The position numbers and the translations under genes are program-made. A DNA stretch of 64,000 nt from a bacterium (GTDB lineage: Bacteria; UBA8248). The notes under the pieces are model-generated. The model saw nothing but the letters and a program-made list of their open reading frames with translations. It was not told the origin of the DNA and did not search any database. The number at the start of each line of letters is the position of its first letter. Within the stretch, counting starts at the first letter, position 1. The stretch spans positions 3,552,001 to 3,616,000 of the forward strand of contig OZ244799.1 of NCBI GenBank assembly GCA_965219955.1, written 5' to 3'. Positions 1 to 9,955 of the stretch are shown in pieces.

Positions 1-418
1 GGAGCGGGGCGATTTTTTTTTTGGGGGACCTAAAATCACGGGTCTAATTTTATTCTGCAAATGATCAAGCCGCTTGTTGCCACCAGCATTTTCAACCCCA
101 AAACCATAATACATATTATTAAATCAGATTTTTCAAGCCGTTCCCGGCAATGGTAAAACCCATTTATCTTGTTGATATTAAACGAGATATCTATTTTTGA
201 TGAAATTCGACTTCCCCGATCCGTGATCAAGCCGAAAGCAGGTTCGTTGCAACGCCTGCGTATCCCGGGGGGTTCCTGTCGATCGCCGATGGGGTGGACG
301 CGCTCGCCCGGCGACTTCACATCCGGGCGAGGCGACGTCGTTTACGTCGTCGGCGCATGGTCCACACTCCTACAACACCGCTACCCAACGGATCCGGCAT
401 GGAATCGTTCGGCGGCGG

Positions 419-847
419 TCAGGCTTCGAGCGACTGCTTTCGGGCCACGAATTCTTCTATCGTTCCGCCTTTGGCGGGGCCGTCGAAAAAGATGTTGGGA
501 CTTTCGAACGTCGACAGAATCAACGCGCCGTTGGGCGCTGTCGCGACATGGCGGCTGCCGGCCGGCCGCCAGACATATTGTCCCGGCCCGCAGACGCCTT
601 CATGGTCCTCGAGTGAGCCCTCAAGGACATAGCTCTGTTCCAGTCCGGTATGCTCGTGATCGGGAATCGTGGCGCCCGGCTCCATCTTCGCCAGCATGGT
701 CAGGACCCCACCGTTCTCGTCCTGCAGCAGAACCTTGACCGAGACGCCCTCGAGCGGCGACGGCCGCCATTCCAGGGAGTCGACGTCGACATAGCGCGAC
801 GAGAGCTTGTCGATGCCGTCATGGGCATCGGTGTTCGGTGTTTGCAT
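419..847 (-). CDS. ChrR-like cupin domain protein
   Basis: PDHEHTGLEQSYVLEGSL...YVWRPAGSRH cupin motifs; ATG at 847 preceded by GGGAGG. Confidence 0.8.
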   Translation of the reverse strand: MQTPNTDAHDGIDKLSSRYVDVDSLEWRPSPLEGVSVKVLLQDENGGVLTMLAKMEPGATIPDHEHTGLEQSYVLEGSLEDHEGVCGPGQYVWRPAGSRHVATAPNGALILSTFESPNIFFDGPAKGGTIEEFVARKQSLEA

Positions 848-1389
848 GACCTTTCCTCCCAAATGGTCCCGCCGATATCGAAGATATCGGCAGCGGAATA
901 TGTCCACGAACGCCATGTGGCGGTTGAAGCATTTACGGGCCGGAACCCTTGAAACGACCTGGGGACCCGTCCATTTCTATCCCTTACACTCTTTCACTTT
1001 GCTGAACCCGCATTTATTCGTGTTCCGCGTCAAGCAGTTTATCCTTCCAGGTAAAAATCGCGGGCTCATCAAAAAGTGGGTACCCTCTCTAATTCATCTC
1101 CTATAATGAACGCATCCATCAAAAAATCAAGAAGGGACCGTCAAGTGCCGGAATGATTCTTGATGCGAGTTTCCTGACCCTTGGAATGAGCCTCGGCTCT
1201 GCCATATGGGCTGAATTGAAGAAAAGGGGGCGGCACATCCCTCTGGAATTGGGTTGCGGACAATCTGTTATTCAGCGAGGAGGAGATGCGCCACCCATGG
1301 GCAACGATCCGGTTTTTCTTTTCCGGGCCGGTCTTTCGTGACGCGTACAGCGACTTGGCACGCGAGGGTACACACCGGACCGGTAGCAC

Positions 1390-1476
1390 GGCGGTGAGAA
1401 TGCTCACCCTGGCGTCCTCGGGCGCGACCATGCCGCCGTCGAGCCAGACCTGGAATCGCTCCGAATCCTTGCTCAT
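1390..1476 (-). pseudogene. N-terminal fragment of a class IV (branched-chain/D-amino acid) aminotransferase
   Basis: RBS GGAAGGAG then MSKDSERFQVWLDGGMVAPEDARVSILT, like IlvE N-termini; similarity ends after about 28 aa where GC content drops. Confidence 0.55.
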
Positions 1477-1501
1477 GCTCCTTCCGTCTCTCTCGGCCCT
1501 G

Positions 1502-3604
1502 TCATGCGGGCCCCCCGCTGCCGCCGCTCCCTGCGTCGTGCGGGGCCGACGCGACCGTGAGGTTCAGGTTGCCCTGCTCGTCGCTGCGGGCGACCTGTCC
1601 GGGCAGCACGACGGTCGTCGAGTCCATCTGCTCGAGGATCGCGGGGCCTTCGAGATCGGCGCCCCGGGGGAGGCCCTCCCGGGCGTAGATCGGACAGTCG
1701 ACGAATCCGCCGAGCTCCGCGAAATGCACCCGGCGCCTCCCTCGCTCCGCCGCGCGCAGGCCGCCGCCCGTCCCGGCGGCGCCCGCGACCGGGGGCGCCG
1801 TCACCCGGGCGAGGGCGGTGACGCGAAAGGTGACCAGCTGAACCGGCGCGTCCGGCGCGTAGCCGTATACTCTTTCGTGCTCGCGCCGGAAAGCGTCGAC
1901 CAGCGCCGGGAGGTCGCCGTCGGCGAATTCCCGCTCCTGAACCGCCACCGTGATCTCGTGGCTCTGTCCGACGTAGCGCATGTCGATGGCGCGTTGCACC
2001 GTGCGCTCGCCGGGCTCCACCCCCTCCCGGTCGAACCATTCGAGCGCCCGCTGTCCGACCTCCGTGAAGGTGGCGTTGATGCCGGCGGCGCCGGTTCCCT
2101 CGAGATCGGCGATCCGCGTCAGGCTGAAATCCGAGCGCACGTCGGCGACGAGGAGCCCGAGCGCGCACAGGAGACCCGGTCCGGGCGGCACCAGGACCCG
2201 GGTCATGCCCAGCTCGCGGGCGAGCGCGGAGGCGAGGAGAGGCCCCGCCCCCCCGAACGCCACCAGGGTGAAGCGCCGCGGATCGAAACCCTTCTCCACC
2301 GAGATCACGCGTATCGCCTGAACCAGGTTCTCGTTGAGGATGGTGAGCACCGCTTCGGCCGCCTCCTCGACCCCGAGCCCCATCGGGGCCGCCACCTCCT
2401 CGGCGATTGCGCGGCGCGCGAGGTCGGGGCGGAGGCTCATGCGGCCGCCCAGCAGGGATTCGCCGGAAAGGCGGCCGAGCACGACGTTGGCGTCGGTCAC
2501 GGTGGGCTCGGTTCCCCCGAGGCCGTAGCAGGCGGGGCCGGGCGCGGCGCCGGCGCTCCGGGGGCCCACGTGCACGAAGCCGCCCGCGTCCACGCGCGCG
2601 ATGCTGCCCCCTCCGGCTCCCACCGAATGCACGTCGACCATCGGAAAGCGGATGGGATGCCCCCGCACCTCCCGCTCCTTTGCGACGAGCGGCCGGTTGC
2701 CTTCGATGAGGCAGACGTCGGTGCTCGTTCCCCCGACGTCGAAGGTGATGACGTCCGGACACCCGGCCCTTCCGGCGAGAAAGCCCGCGCCGGTGACTCC
2801 CGCCGCCGGCCCCGACATGATGCAGCGGCCCGCCATCGCGCCCGCATCCCGAAGCGAGGCGACGCCGCCGTGGGACTGGAGGATCTTCGGGGCCACGATG
2901 CCCAGGGCGCGGGACCGTTCCCCGAGGCGATCGAGATAGCGGCTCACGACCGGGCCCAGCGACGCGTTCAGCACGGTGGTCGTGGTCCTCTCGTACTCGC
3001 GGAACTCGGCCACGACTTCGTGGGATGCGCAGGTGAACGCACCGGGGAGGCGCTCGCGCACCGCGGCCGCGACGGCGGCCTCGTGGGCCGGATTGTGGTA
3101 GCTGTGCAGGAAGCAGACGGCCACCGCCTCCACGCCTTCGCGGCGGAAGTCCTCGAGGATTCCATCGAGCGCTTCGGGGTCCGGCGGCACGTCGGAAGGC
3201 CCGAGGAGGTAGGTGCGCTCCTCGATCTCGCGCCGGAGGCGGCGCGCGACGAGGGGCGGGGGTTTCGGCATCCGGATGTCGTAGTTGTGGGGTTGGCGCT
3301 GGCGGCGGATCTCCAGGATGTCGCGAAACCCTTCCGTGGTGATGAGGCCCGTGACCGCCGTGTCCCCCGTGATGAGCGCGTTGGTGGCGACCGTCGTTCC
3401 GTGGCCGAAGTAGCGGACGTCCCCGGCGCCGGCGGCTGCACGGTCCAACAGCTCCGGAATGCCGGCCGCAATCGCCCGGGAGGGGTCGTCCGGGGTCGAG
3501 GGCGTCTTCAGAAACCACGTCTTGCCGTCCGAGAGGCGGACGAGCGCGAAGTCGGTGAACGTCCCGCCGACGTCGACGCCGAGGACGCAGCGCTCAGGCG
3601 CCAT
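1502..3604 (-). CDS. Hydantoinase/oxoprolinase family protein (subunit A)
   Basis: GVDVGGTFTD, HGTTVATNA, SGPAAG, DVGGTSTD, GAGGGSIA, PTVTDAN motifs. Confidence 0.95.
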   Translation of the reverse strand: MAPERCVLGVDVGGTFTDFALVRLSDGKTWFLKTPSTPDDPSRAIAAGIPELLDRAAAGAGDVRYFGHGTTVATNALITGDTAVTGLITTEGFRDILEIRRQRQPHNYDIRMPKPPPLVARRLRREIEERTYLLGPSDVPPDPEALDGILEDFRREGVEAVAVCFLHSYHNPAHEAAVAAAVRERLPGAFTCASHEVVAEFREYERTTTTVLNASLGPVVSRYLDRLGERSRALGIVAPKILQSHGGVASLRDAGAMAGRCIMSGPAAGVTGAGFLAGRAGCPDVITFDVGGTSTDVCLIEGNRPLVAKEREVRGHPIRFPMVDVHSVGAGGGSIARVDAGGFVHVGPRSAGAAPGPACYGLGGTEPTVTDANVVLGRLSGESLLGGRMSLRPDLARRAIAEEVAAPMGLGVEEAAEAVLTILNENLVQAIRVISVEKGFDPRRFTLVAFGGAGPLLASALARELGMTRVLVPPGPGLLCALGLLVADVRSDFSLTRIADLEGTGAAGINATFTEVGQRALEWFDREGVEPGERTVQRAIDMRYVGQSHEITVAVQEREFADGDLPALVDAFRREHERVYGYAPDAPVQLVTFRVTALARVTAPPVAGAAGTGGGLRAAERGRRRVHFAELGGFVDCPIYAREGLPRGADLEGPAILEQMDSTTVVLPGQVARSDEQGNLNLTVASAPHDAGSGGSGGPA

Positions 3605-5339
3605 GGTTCGAATCCTGGCGGGCCTCCCGCAAGGCCGCGGTCCGGGAGGCGTCGACGCTTCCGCGGACGAGCGCGACGCCGTAGCTCCGCTCCGCCGCGG
3701 GTGCGGTCACCTTGCCGGCGGCCACGTCGTCGCGCACCCTCTCCGGATCGCGTTCCCACGGGTCGCCGAAGCCGGCGCCGGACGGGGTGTCGACCCGGAC
3801 CGTCGTTCCCGCGTCCACCTCGAGCTCCGAGAACGAGCCCGGAAGCTTCGTCTCGCGGGTTCCGCCCGGGTCCAGAACGAAGGCGCCGGGACACCCCGAA
3901 CTTCCGCCGAACAGCCCGGACGCGCCTCGGGACTGGCGCAGTCCGCGGCCTGCGAGCCTGGCCCGCTCCGCCCAGATGGTGACGTCGCGGCGCGTCGCGA
4001 GGCCGCCGCGATGCCGTCCGGGGCCTCCCGAGTCGGCGATCAGTTCGTAGCGGCCGACGGTCAGCGGGAACTCCTGCTCCACGGATTCGACGGGCAGGTT
4101 GGCCGCGCCCGAAACGTGGACCCGGATCGCGTCTTTTCCGTCGAGGGCGGAAAGCGCGCCGGACGCTCCCGCGTAGGTCTCGTAGTCGACGAAGTACTCG
4201 TTCCGGCGCGGGTCGACGCCGCTGAAGATGAGCCCGTGGAGCGGACCGCAGCCGGCCATCACCCGGTCCGGCGCCGCGTCGGCGAGCGCGCCCAGCAGCA
4301 GGTCGCCGAGCACGTTGCCGGTCGCGCTCCGATCCCCGACGGCGGCGGGGGGGCGGCAGTTGAGGACGGTGCCTTCCGGCGCGGTGACGCCGATGGCGCG
4401 GAAGTACCCGGAGTTGGGCGGCAGCGCCGGGTCCGTCACCGCCTTGACCGCGTAGTAGACGCCGGACAGGGTGGCCGTGAGCGGCATGTTCCGGGCCCCC
4501 GCGACCTGCCCGTCGGTGCCCGTGAAGTCGAAGTGAATGCGATCGGCGCGAATGGTGATCCTGACCCGGAGGCGAACGACCCCGTCGGCCACGCCGTCGT
4601 TGTCGAGGACTTCTTCGTTCTCGTAGGTTCCGTCCGGCAGCCTCGCGATCTCGGCGCGCGTGCGCGACTCGGCGTAGTCGAGGAGCGCTCTAGCGCCCCG
4701 GTGCACGCTCTCGGCTCCGAAGCGGGCAAAGCACTCCTGCACCCGGCGGACCCCGGTGGCGTTGGTCGCGATCTGGGCCCGCAGATCGCCCTCGCGCTCG
4801 CGCGGGGTGCGCGAGTTGAGGAGCACCAACGCGAGCAGGTCGGTGCACAGCTCCCCCTCGTCCAGCAGCTTGACGGGAGGGATTCGCAGCCCTTCCTGGA
4901 AGATGCTCGTGCAGTCGGCGCTCTCGCTCCCCGCCACCTTGCCGCCGACGTCGGAGTGGTGGGCGATGTTGGCGACGAACGCGACCGGCCGGCCATCGAA
5001 GAAGACGGGGCTTGCGAGCGTCAGGTCCGGCAGGTGCGAGCCGCCTCCCACGTACGGATCGTTCGTGAGGAAGCCGTCGCCGGGGCGAAAGCGGTCGAGG
5101 GGGTAACGCCGGGTGATGTTCTCCACGAGGCCGAGGAGCGAACTCAGGTGAACGGGGGCGATGGCGGTCAGGGCGAGGAGGTTGCCCGCGGTGTCGAAGA
5201 TCGCGACCGAGCAGTCGCGCCTCTCCTTGATGTTCGGGGAATACGCGGTCTTGACGAGGGTGGCCATCATCTCGTCGGCCGCGGCGGCGAAGCGGTGCGC
5301 GATGACCTCGGTGGTGATTCGGTCGCAGCCTGGATCCAT
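3594..5339 (-). CDS. Hydantoinase B/oxoprolinase family protein
   Basis: AYSPNIKERRDCS, NDPYVGGGSHLPD, EGLRIPP, DSGGPGRHRGG, GFGDPWERDP motifs; overlaps subunit A start. Confidence 0.95.
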   Translation of the reverse strand: MDPGCDRITTEVIAHRFAAAADEMMATLVKTAYSPNIKERRDCSVAIFDTAGNLLALTAIAPVHLSSLLGLVENITRRYPLDRFRPGDGFLTNDPYVGGGSHLPDLTLASPVFFDGRPVAFVANIAHHSDVGGKVAGSESADCTSIFQEGLRIPPVKLLDEGELCTDLLALVLLNSRTPREREGDLRAQIATNATGVRRVQECFARFGAESVHRGARALLDYAESRTRAEIARLPDGTYENEEVLDNDGVADGVVRLRVRITIRADRIHFDFTGTDGQVAGARNMPLTATLSGVYYAVKAVTDPALPPNSGYFRAIGVTAPEGTVLNCRPPAAVGDRSATGNVLGDLLLGALADAAPDRVMAGCGPLHGLIFSGVDPRRNEYFVDYETYAGASGALSALDGKDAIRVHVSGAANLPVESVEQEFPLTVGRYELIADSGGPGRHRGGLATRRDVTIWAERARLAGRGLRQSRGASGLFGGSSGCPGAFVLDPGGTRETKLPGSFSELEVDAGTTVRVDTPSGAGFGDPWERDPERVRDDVAAGKVTAPAAERSYGVALVRGSVDASRTAALREARQDSNHGA

Positions 5340-5696
5340 GGGCACTCCCCCGACGAGCTGCTGTCAGAAGTCGTGTACGGGCTGAATGGAAAAAGGCGGC
5401 GCATCCTGCTGAAACAGGGCCGTCCAAAGCCCGGTCATTCAGCACACGGGAGATGCTCCACCATGAGAGAAGATACGACGATTCCTTTCCGGAATCCAGC
5501 CCTGCGCGACGAGTCGAGCGAACCGGTGCGCGAGAGCGCGCAGCGAATCATCCGCCGGGCGGTGGAAGCGGAGTCGATGCGCGCTCTCCTTCCTTCGGGT
5601 AGCAGCCCGCCCCGCCACCGGGCTGAGGGGTTTTGCTTTTTTGCCCCCCTGACAAGGGGTTGTTGAAAAAGTTCTGATGAAAGAGGGATTTATTCT

Positions 5697-5776
5697 GTAG
5701 GGGTCGTTCACCAGAACGACCCGCGTTCGCTAACGGCCCTTGCCGGAGAACCGGGCGCTTCACGAAGCGCCCCTAC
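5697..5776. repeat. GTAG-type REP-like inverted doublet
   Basis: GTAGGGGTCGTTC-ACCA-GAACGACCC ... GGGCGCTTC-AC-GAAGCGCCCCTAC. Confidence 0.65.
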
Positions 5777-5804
5777 GACACCCTTCCGGGGAAACCACAA
5801 CACC

Positions 5805-6018
5805 CGTCATTCCGGCGAAAGCCGGAATCCATTCTGACTTTTCACCGGGCAGGGCGGCCACGACCTTGTAGTTGCGCGGCGTCCGGATGTGGAACCCAGA
5901 GAATTCGCCTTTCGTTTTGTGTTTGATTCCGGTCCTCCCCGCCCGGGCGTAAAGACGTCCGAACGAGGAGGCGAAAAGGCAAAGGCGAAAATGGATTCCG
6001 GCTTTCGCCGGAATGACG
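5805..6018. repeat. CGTC-type REP-like palindrome pair
   Basis: CGTCATTCCGGCGAAAGCCGGAATCC at 5805-5830 and its exact reverse complement at 5993-6018. Confidence 0.9.
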
Positions 6019-6412
6019 GCAAAAACTCGAAACCGGGCGGAGGCGTCACTTCCTCCTCAAGGGATTTTTCAACAGACCCGACAAGGGGGGGTAGGGGGGG
6101 TTGGTTTTCAGGGCGAGAAGGGCATCCCGTCCTCCCTCCCCGGGGTGAATGGAATCCGTGCGGCCGGCAAGGGGCCGCCGAGGCCGCAAAGACGCGCTTC
6201 TACTCCCCGCTCAGGAGAGAGAGGCGAACGTGCTCGACAGGCTGCCGGGGCGCGTTCAGTGCGAAGCGAGGCCGATGGCAGCGACTCCCGGCCGGGTTGG
6301 CTACCCATTTCCCGGAATCCCTGTTAAAAGAGCGGGCGTCTTCACGGGCGGCGCATGGTGGATGCGCAGCCGGAACCAGATGTTCACCGCAAACCACGGG
6401 AGGCGATTCAAA

Positions 6413-6883
6413 ATGGCGATTCGGCCGAAGGAACTACCCGAAACCACGGAGAACTGGGCGGAAGCCGACTTCAAGGGCCACTCGAAGAGCGTCGTGACCC
6501 TCATGCGCGGATACACCCTGGTGATGGACGAGCCCAGGCACCTGGGCGGCTCGGGCGAGGGGCCCTCGCCCATGGACTATCAGGTGACCTCGCTGGCGGG
6601 CTGCACGGCGGTGATGCTCGAGAGGTGCGCCAAGGATGCGAAACTCGAGATCGGCTCCCTCAAGGTGAAATCCACCATCGTCTACAGCCCCAGGGGCATC
6701 GCGGGCCAGGAGGACTATCAATCGCACCCGAGCGAGGCGCACAGCGAGATATGGCTCGAGATCGATGCGACGAAAGAGCAGATAGAGGCGCTCAAGGCGG
6801 AGTATTTCCGCAGATGCCCGGTGTACAACCTGTACAAGGCCGGCGGCTGCGCGGTGCGCGACACCTGGCACGTGATCAGGTAG
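6413..6883 (+). CDS. OsmC/Ohr family protein
   Basis: MDEPRHLGGSGEGPSP...SLAGC...RRCPVYN with two conserved Cys; RBS GGGAGG. Confidence 0.9.
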   Translation: MAIRPKELPETTENWAEADFKGHSKSVVTLMRGYTLVMDEPRHLGGSGEGPSPMDYQVTSLAGCTAVMLERCAKDAKLEIGSLKVKSTIVYSPRGIAGQEDYQSHPSEAHSEIWLEIDATKEQIEALKAEYFRRCPVYNLYKAGGCAVRDTWHVIR

Positions 6884-6945
6884 CGCGCGAGGCGCGAGGC
6901 GGCCCCGAGAGTCGGCCCGGAGGAAAGAAAAAAAGCCCCCTGACA

Positions 6946-7206
6946 GGGGCCATTGAAAAACCCTGTTTCGGGGTCGGCGGCATGGAGGTTCACGCGGCGC
7001 AGGCGCGATGGTTTTGTAGGGACAGGCCTCCGTGCCTGTCCTCACGAAGGACAACCCCGAAAGGCAGGACAGGCACGGAGGCCACGGACAGGCGCAGGAG
7101 CCTGTCCGCTACGGGCGAATGCGGTTTTGATCGTCATTCCGACAATCAATGCCGACCGACGAGAGAGAAAAATCACTCCCCCCTCGAGGGGTTTTTCAAC
7201 AACCCC
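6946..7206. mobile_element. MITE-like element, copy 2, with internal GTAG REP-like repeats (7016-7112)
   Basis: Ends GGGGCCATTGAAAAA and TTTTTCAACAACCCC; internal GGACAGGC/GCCTGTCC palindromes. Confidence 0.6.
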
Positions 7207-7412
7207 ATTTCGGTCGGGGCAGGCTCTCCTCCACCAGTCGAGTTTCACCTTCGGGCACCGGGGCGCGCTCCGCATTTTCCCGCATCTGCCGTCGTGGCGA
7301 AGGACCGGGAACGCGGTAGGATCACGCCGCGGACCGGCCCGTCGAGCCGGGATGGAATTTCCGTAAAATTAGATAAAATCAGATAAATTCACGGGGTTTT
7401 TCGATAAATAAA
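7195..7412 (+). repeat. 218-bp long repeat, copy A (inverted relative to 54795-55012)
   Basis: Ungapped match to the reverse complement of 54795-55012, about 11 mismatches by manual comparison; weaker similarity continues to about 7530. Confidence 0.92.
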
Positions 7413-7757
7413 TGAAGAATTTTTTCATGGGATATGGCGCAGCTCCAGCGCAGCGCAGGGGAATTCTGCCATGGCCCGCGCCTCCCTCGATGACGGCAAA
7501 TGCGCGCAAATGCGGGGGCGAAAATCCCCCTCCCGCAGAAGCATCGCGAGGGCACCACGGCCCCGGCGGCGTGCGCGCAGCGGCAGAGGCGGGGACTCGC
7601 GTGGCGCCGCGCTCCCGCAGGGCGAACGGGGAACGACGGCAAGTATTTGATAAAAAATGACTTATCGTACGGCCCTCGAAGTATGCCGCGGAAGATACCA
7701 AGAAGCCTCGTTTTGTGTTTTGATGGGGCTTTACGCGTCAAGCGCGCAGGAGGTCAT

Positions 7758-8147
7758 ATGGAAAAAAGAGTCGTTCATACCGATAAGGCCGCATCGGGCA
7801 AGGTGCCGCTCTCCCAGGCGGTTCAGGTTGGAGAGTGGCTTCACTGCTCGGGGCAGCTGCCCCTCGACCCCGCAACGGGGGAGTTGGTTCCGGGCGGCGC
7901 CGGTGAGCAGACGCGCCGGATCATCGAGAATCTCAAGGCGGTGTGCGAGGCGGGCGGCACATCGCTCGAAAACGCCGTAAAAGTGACCATTTTCATGGAA
8001 GATCTGGCGGATCTGGGGGAAATGAACGCCGTATTCGAGGAGTACTTCGGGACGGAAGACCCCCCGGCGCGCACGACGTTTCAGGCGGCGAAAATCATCG
8101 CGGGCGCGAAACTCGAAATCGAACTGCTCGCGTTCATCCCCCAATAA
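7758..8147 (+). CDS. RidA (YjgF/YER057c/UK114) family protein
   Basis: SQAV...SGQLPLDP...VKVTIF...MNAVFEEYF...PPART...EIE; RBS GGAGG. Confidence 0.92.
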   Translation: MEKRVVHTDKAASGKVPLSQAVQVGEWLHCSGQLPLDPATGELVPGGAGEQTRRIIENLKAVCEAGGTSLENAVKVTIFMEDLADLGEMNAVFEEYFGTEDPPARTTFQAAKIIAGAKLEIELLAFIPQ

Positions 8148-8162
8148 AATTAGGAGAACCTT

Positions 8163-8792
8163 TTGGCCACAAGAGCACCCCTGGTCGGGATACTGATGGG
8201 AAGCGCATCGGATAAACCCGTGATGGAAGAAGCCACGAAGGCGCTGGAAGCCTTCAACATTCCCTCCGAGATGAGAGTATTGTCGGCGCACCGCACGCCC
8301 GACGCCGTGCATGAATACGTCAAATCGGCGCCCGAGCGCGGAATCCGGGTGCTGATCGCCGGCGCGGGCATGTCGGCGCACCTGGCGGGCGTCGTCGGAG
8401 CCGCGACGGATCTGCCCGTGATAGGCGTTCCCATCGACAGTTCCTCCCTTGGCGGCCTCGACTCTCTTCTCTCCACGGTGCAGATGCCCCCCGGCATTCC
8501 CGTGGCGACGATGGGAATCGGCGGCCCCGGCGCCAGGAACGCGGCCCTTCACGCCGCCCGGATCCTCGCCTTGACCGATCCGAAACTGGCGAAGGAATAC
8601 CGGCGTTTCGCGCAACAGCAAACCGAGAAGGTTCTGGCCGCGGACGCCGAACTGCAGAAAGAAATTTCTCCGCCACCCGCCCGAACGCAAAAAGACGGTT
8701 CGAAACAACCACAAAATGACGCCGGAAAAAATTCGGGACAAAAAACAAGATCCAAGCGGAGCCGCGCCAAAAGAACGTACCGGAAAAAATAA
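8163..8792 (+). CDS. purE: N5-carboxyaminoimidazole ribonucleotide mutase with a basic C-terminal extension
   Basis: MGSASD, SAHRTP, AGMSAHLAG, LLSTVQMPPGIPVAT. Confidence 0.95.
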   Translation: MATRAPLVGILMGSASDKPVMEEATKALEAFNIPSEMRVLSAHRTPDAVHEYVKSAPERGIRVLIAGAGMSAHLAGVVGAATDLPVIGVPIDSSSLGGLDSLLSTVQMPPGIPVATMGIGGPGARNAALHAARILALTDPKLAKEYRRFAQQQTEKVLAADAELQKEISPPPARTQKDGSKQPQNDAGKNSGQKTRSKRSRAKRTYRKK

Positions 8793-8795
8793 ACG

Positions 8796-9446
8796 GTGAG
8801 CAAAATCCTCCCGGTGGTTCCTGATTCACCAGAAGAAGAAGTCATTCGACAGGCCTGCGAAGAACTGAGGTCGGGAAACATCGTCGCCTTGCCCACGGAC
8901 ACGATTTACGGGCTGTGCGCCTACGCCCTAGATAAAGAAGCCATCAAGAAACTCTATGAAACCAAGGGGAGAAAAGACGAGAAAGGCGCGCCCGTACTCA
9001 TCGGCTGCCAATCCCAGTTAAATGGGCTGGTCCGCGACATCTCTCCACATGCTTTAAGCCTGATGGATTCTTTATGGCCCTCGGGCCTGACTTTGGTACT
9101 GCCGGCATTTCCAAAACTGTCTCCCTTGCTGGGCGAAGGCGGTTCGTCCGTCGCCGTTCGCATGCCCGCTCAAACGCTCTGCCGCACCCTGGCCATGCGG
9201 GTCGGCCCGTTCGTGGCGACGAGCGCGAACGCATCCGGCGAGCCCCCACTCCAAAGCGCACAGGAAATTCTATCCCGATTTCAAAACGAGGCAGGACTGA
9301 TTCTGGACGGCGGAAGGCTTGAAAACACACGGCCTTCCACCGTCGTGGACGCGAGGGGGGCGAAGCCAGAACTCTTGCGAGAGGGCATGGTTGATTTCGA
9401 TTCAGTGGTCCGCGCATGGAACAAAACTCGAGAACCGACGCACTGA
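8796..9446 (+). CDS. tsaC: L-threonylcarbamoyladenylate synthase (YrdC/Sua5 family)
   Basis: ALPTDTIYGL, KGR, TSANASG, PSTVVD, LREG. Confidence 0.9.
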   Translation: MSKILPVVPDSPEEEVIRQACEELRSGNIVALPTDTIYGLCAYALDKEAIKKLYETKGRKDEKGAPVLIGCQSQLNGLVRDISPHALSLMDSLWPSGLTLVLPAFPKLSPLLGEGGSSVAVRMPAQTLCRTLAMRVGPFVATSANASGEPPLQSAQEILSRFQNEAGLILDGGRLENTRPSTVVDARGAKPELLREGMVDFDSVVRAWNKTREPTH

Positions 9447-9449
9447 ATT

Positions 9450-9749
9450 TTATTCGGGTTCAGGCATATTCAATACGATCCGGCCCTCTCCTTCGACGAC
9501 ACATTGACAAGCCAGGCGATATTCATCCGGATTCCATCCGTAGGCATCCAGGGTATCTTTTTCGTCTTCCTGTTGCGAAGAGAGAAACTCGGCCCCGGAA
9601 ACCACGACAATCTTACAAGTGGAACAGGCGCAATTGCCGCCGCAATCGCAGGTATGATCAACACCATTTTCCAAATCCGCATCCAGAATGGAATCTCCAA
9701 TCTCGGTCTCATATTCGACATCGAGATTTTCATATCGAATAATGCTCAA
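9450..9749 (-). CDS. 2Fe-2S ferredoxin (adrenodoxin-like)
   Basis: CGGNCACSTC...RLACQ; TTG start after GGAGG. Confidence 0.9.
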   Translation of the reverse strand: MSIIRYENLDVEYETEIGDSILDADLENGVDHTCDCGGNCACSTCKIVVVSGAEFLSSQQEDEKDTLDAYGWNPDEYRLACQCVVEGEGRIVLNMPEPE

Positions 9750-9955
9750 CGACCAACCTCCTGAAGAAATGATGAAAAAAATTTCGAGATCGCACACTCA
9801 CCGGAAATGCCGCGAACTCCCATTCGCCAAACGACAGCGGCAAATTTATTACCCTTTTTCACCCCGTTAAACAAGCGCCTCCGACACTCTTCCTGTTGCA
9901 TTTTGGACGATGCCCGGCGCGGACTAACAGATTCCCAGGAAAAAGGGGGAATTGG

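Larger units (their letters stand above)
5656..6079. mobile_element. MITE-like element, copy 1 (424 bp)
   Basis: Ends GGGGTTGTTGAAAAA (5656-5670) and TTTTTCAACAGACCC (6065-6079); GACAA direct repeat on both flanks; no transposase. Confidence 0.7.

Noticed and set aside
1286-5666. Very long plus-strand ORFs (898 aa, 735 aa) and the alternate-frame 681-aa ORF
   Set aside because: Shadows of the GC-rich hydantoinase genes; Arg/Gly/Pro-rich with no motifs.
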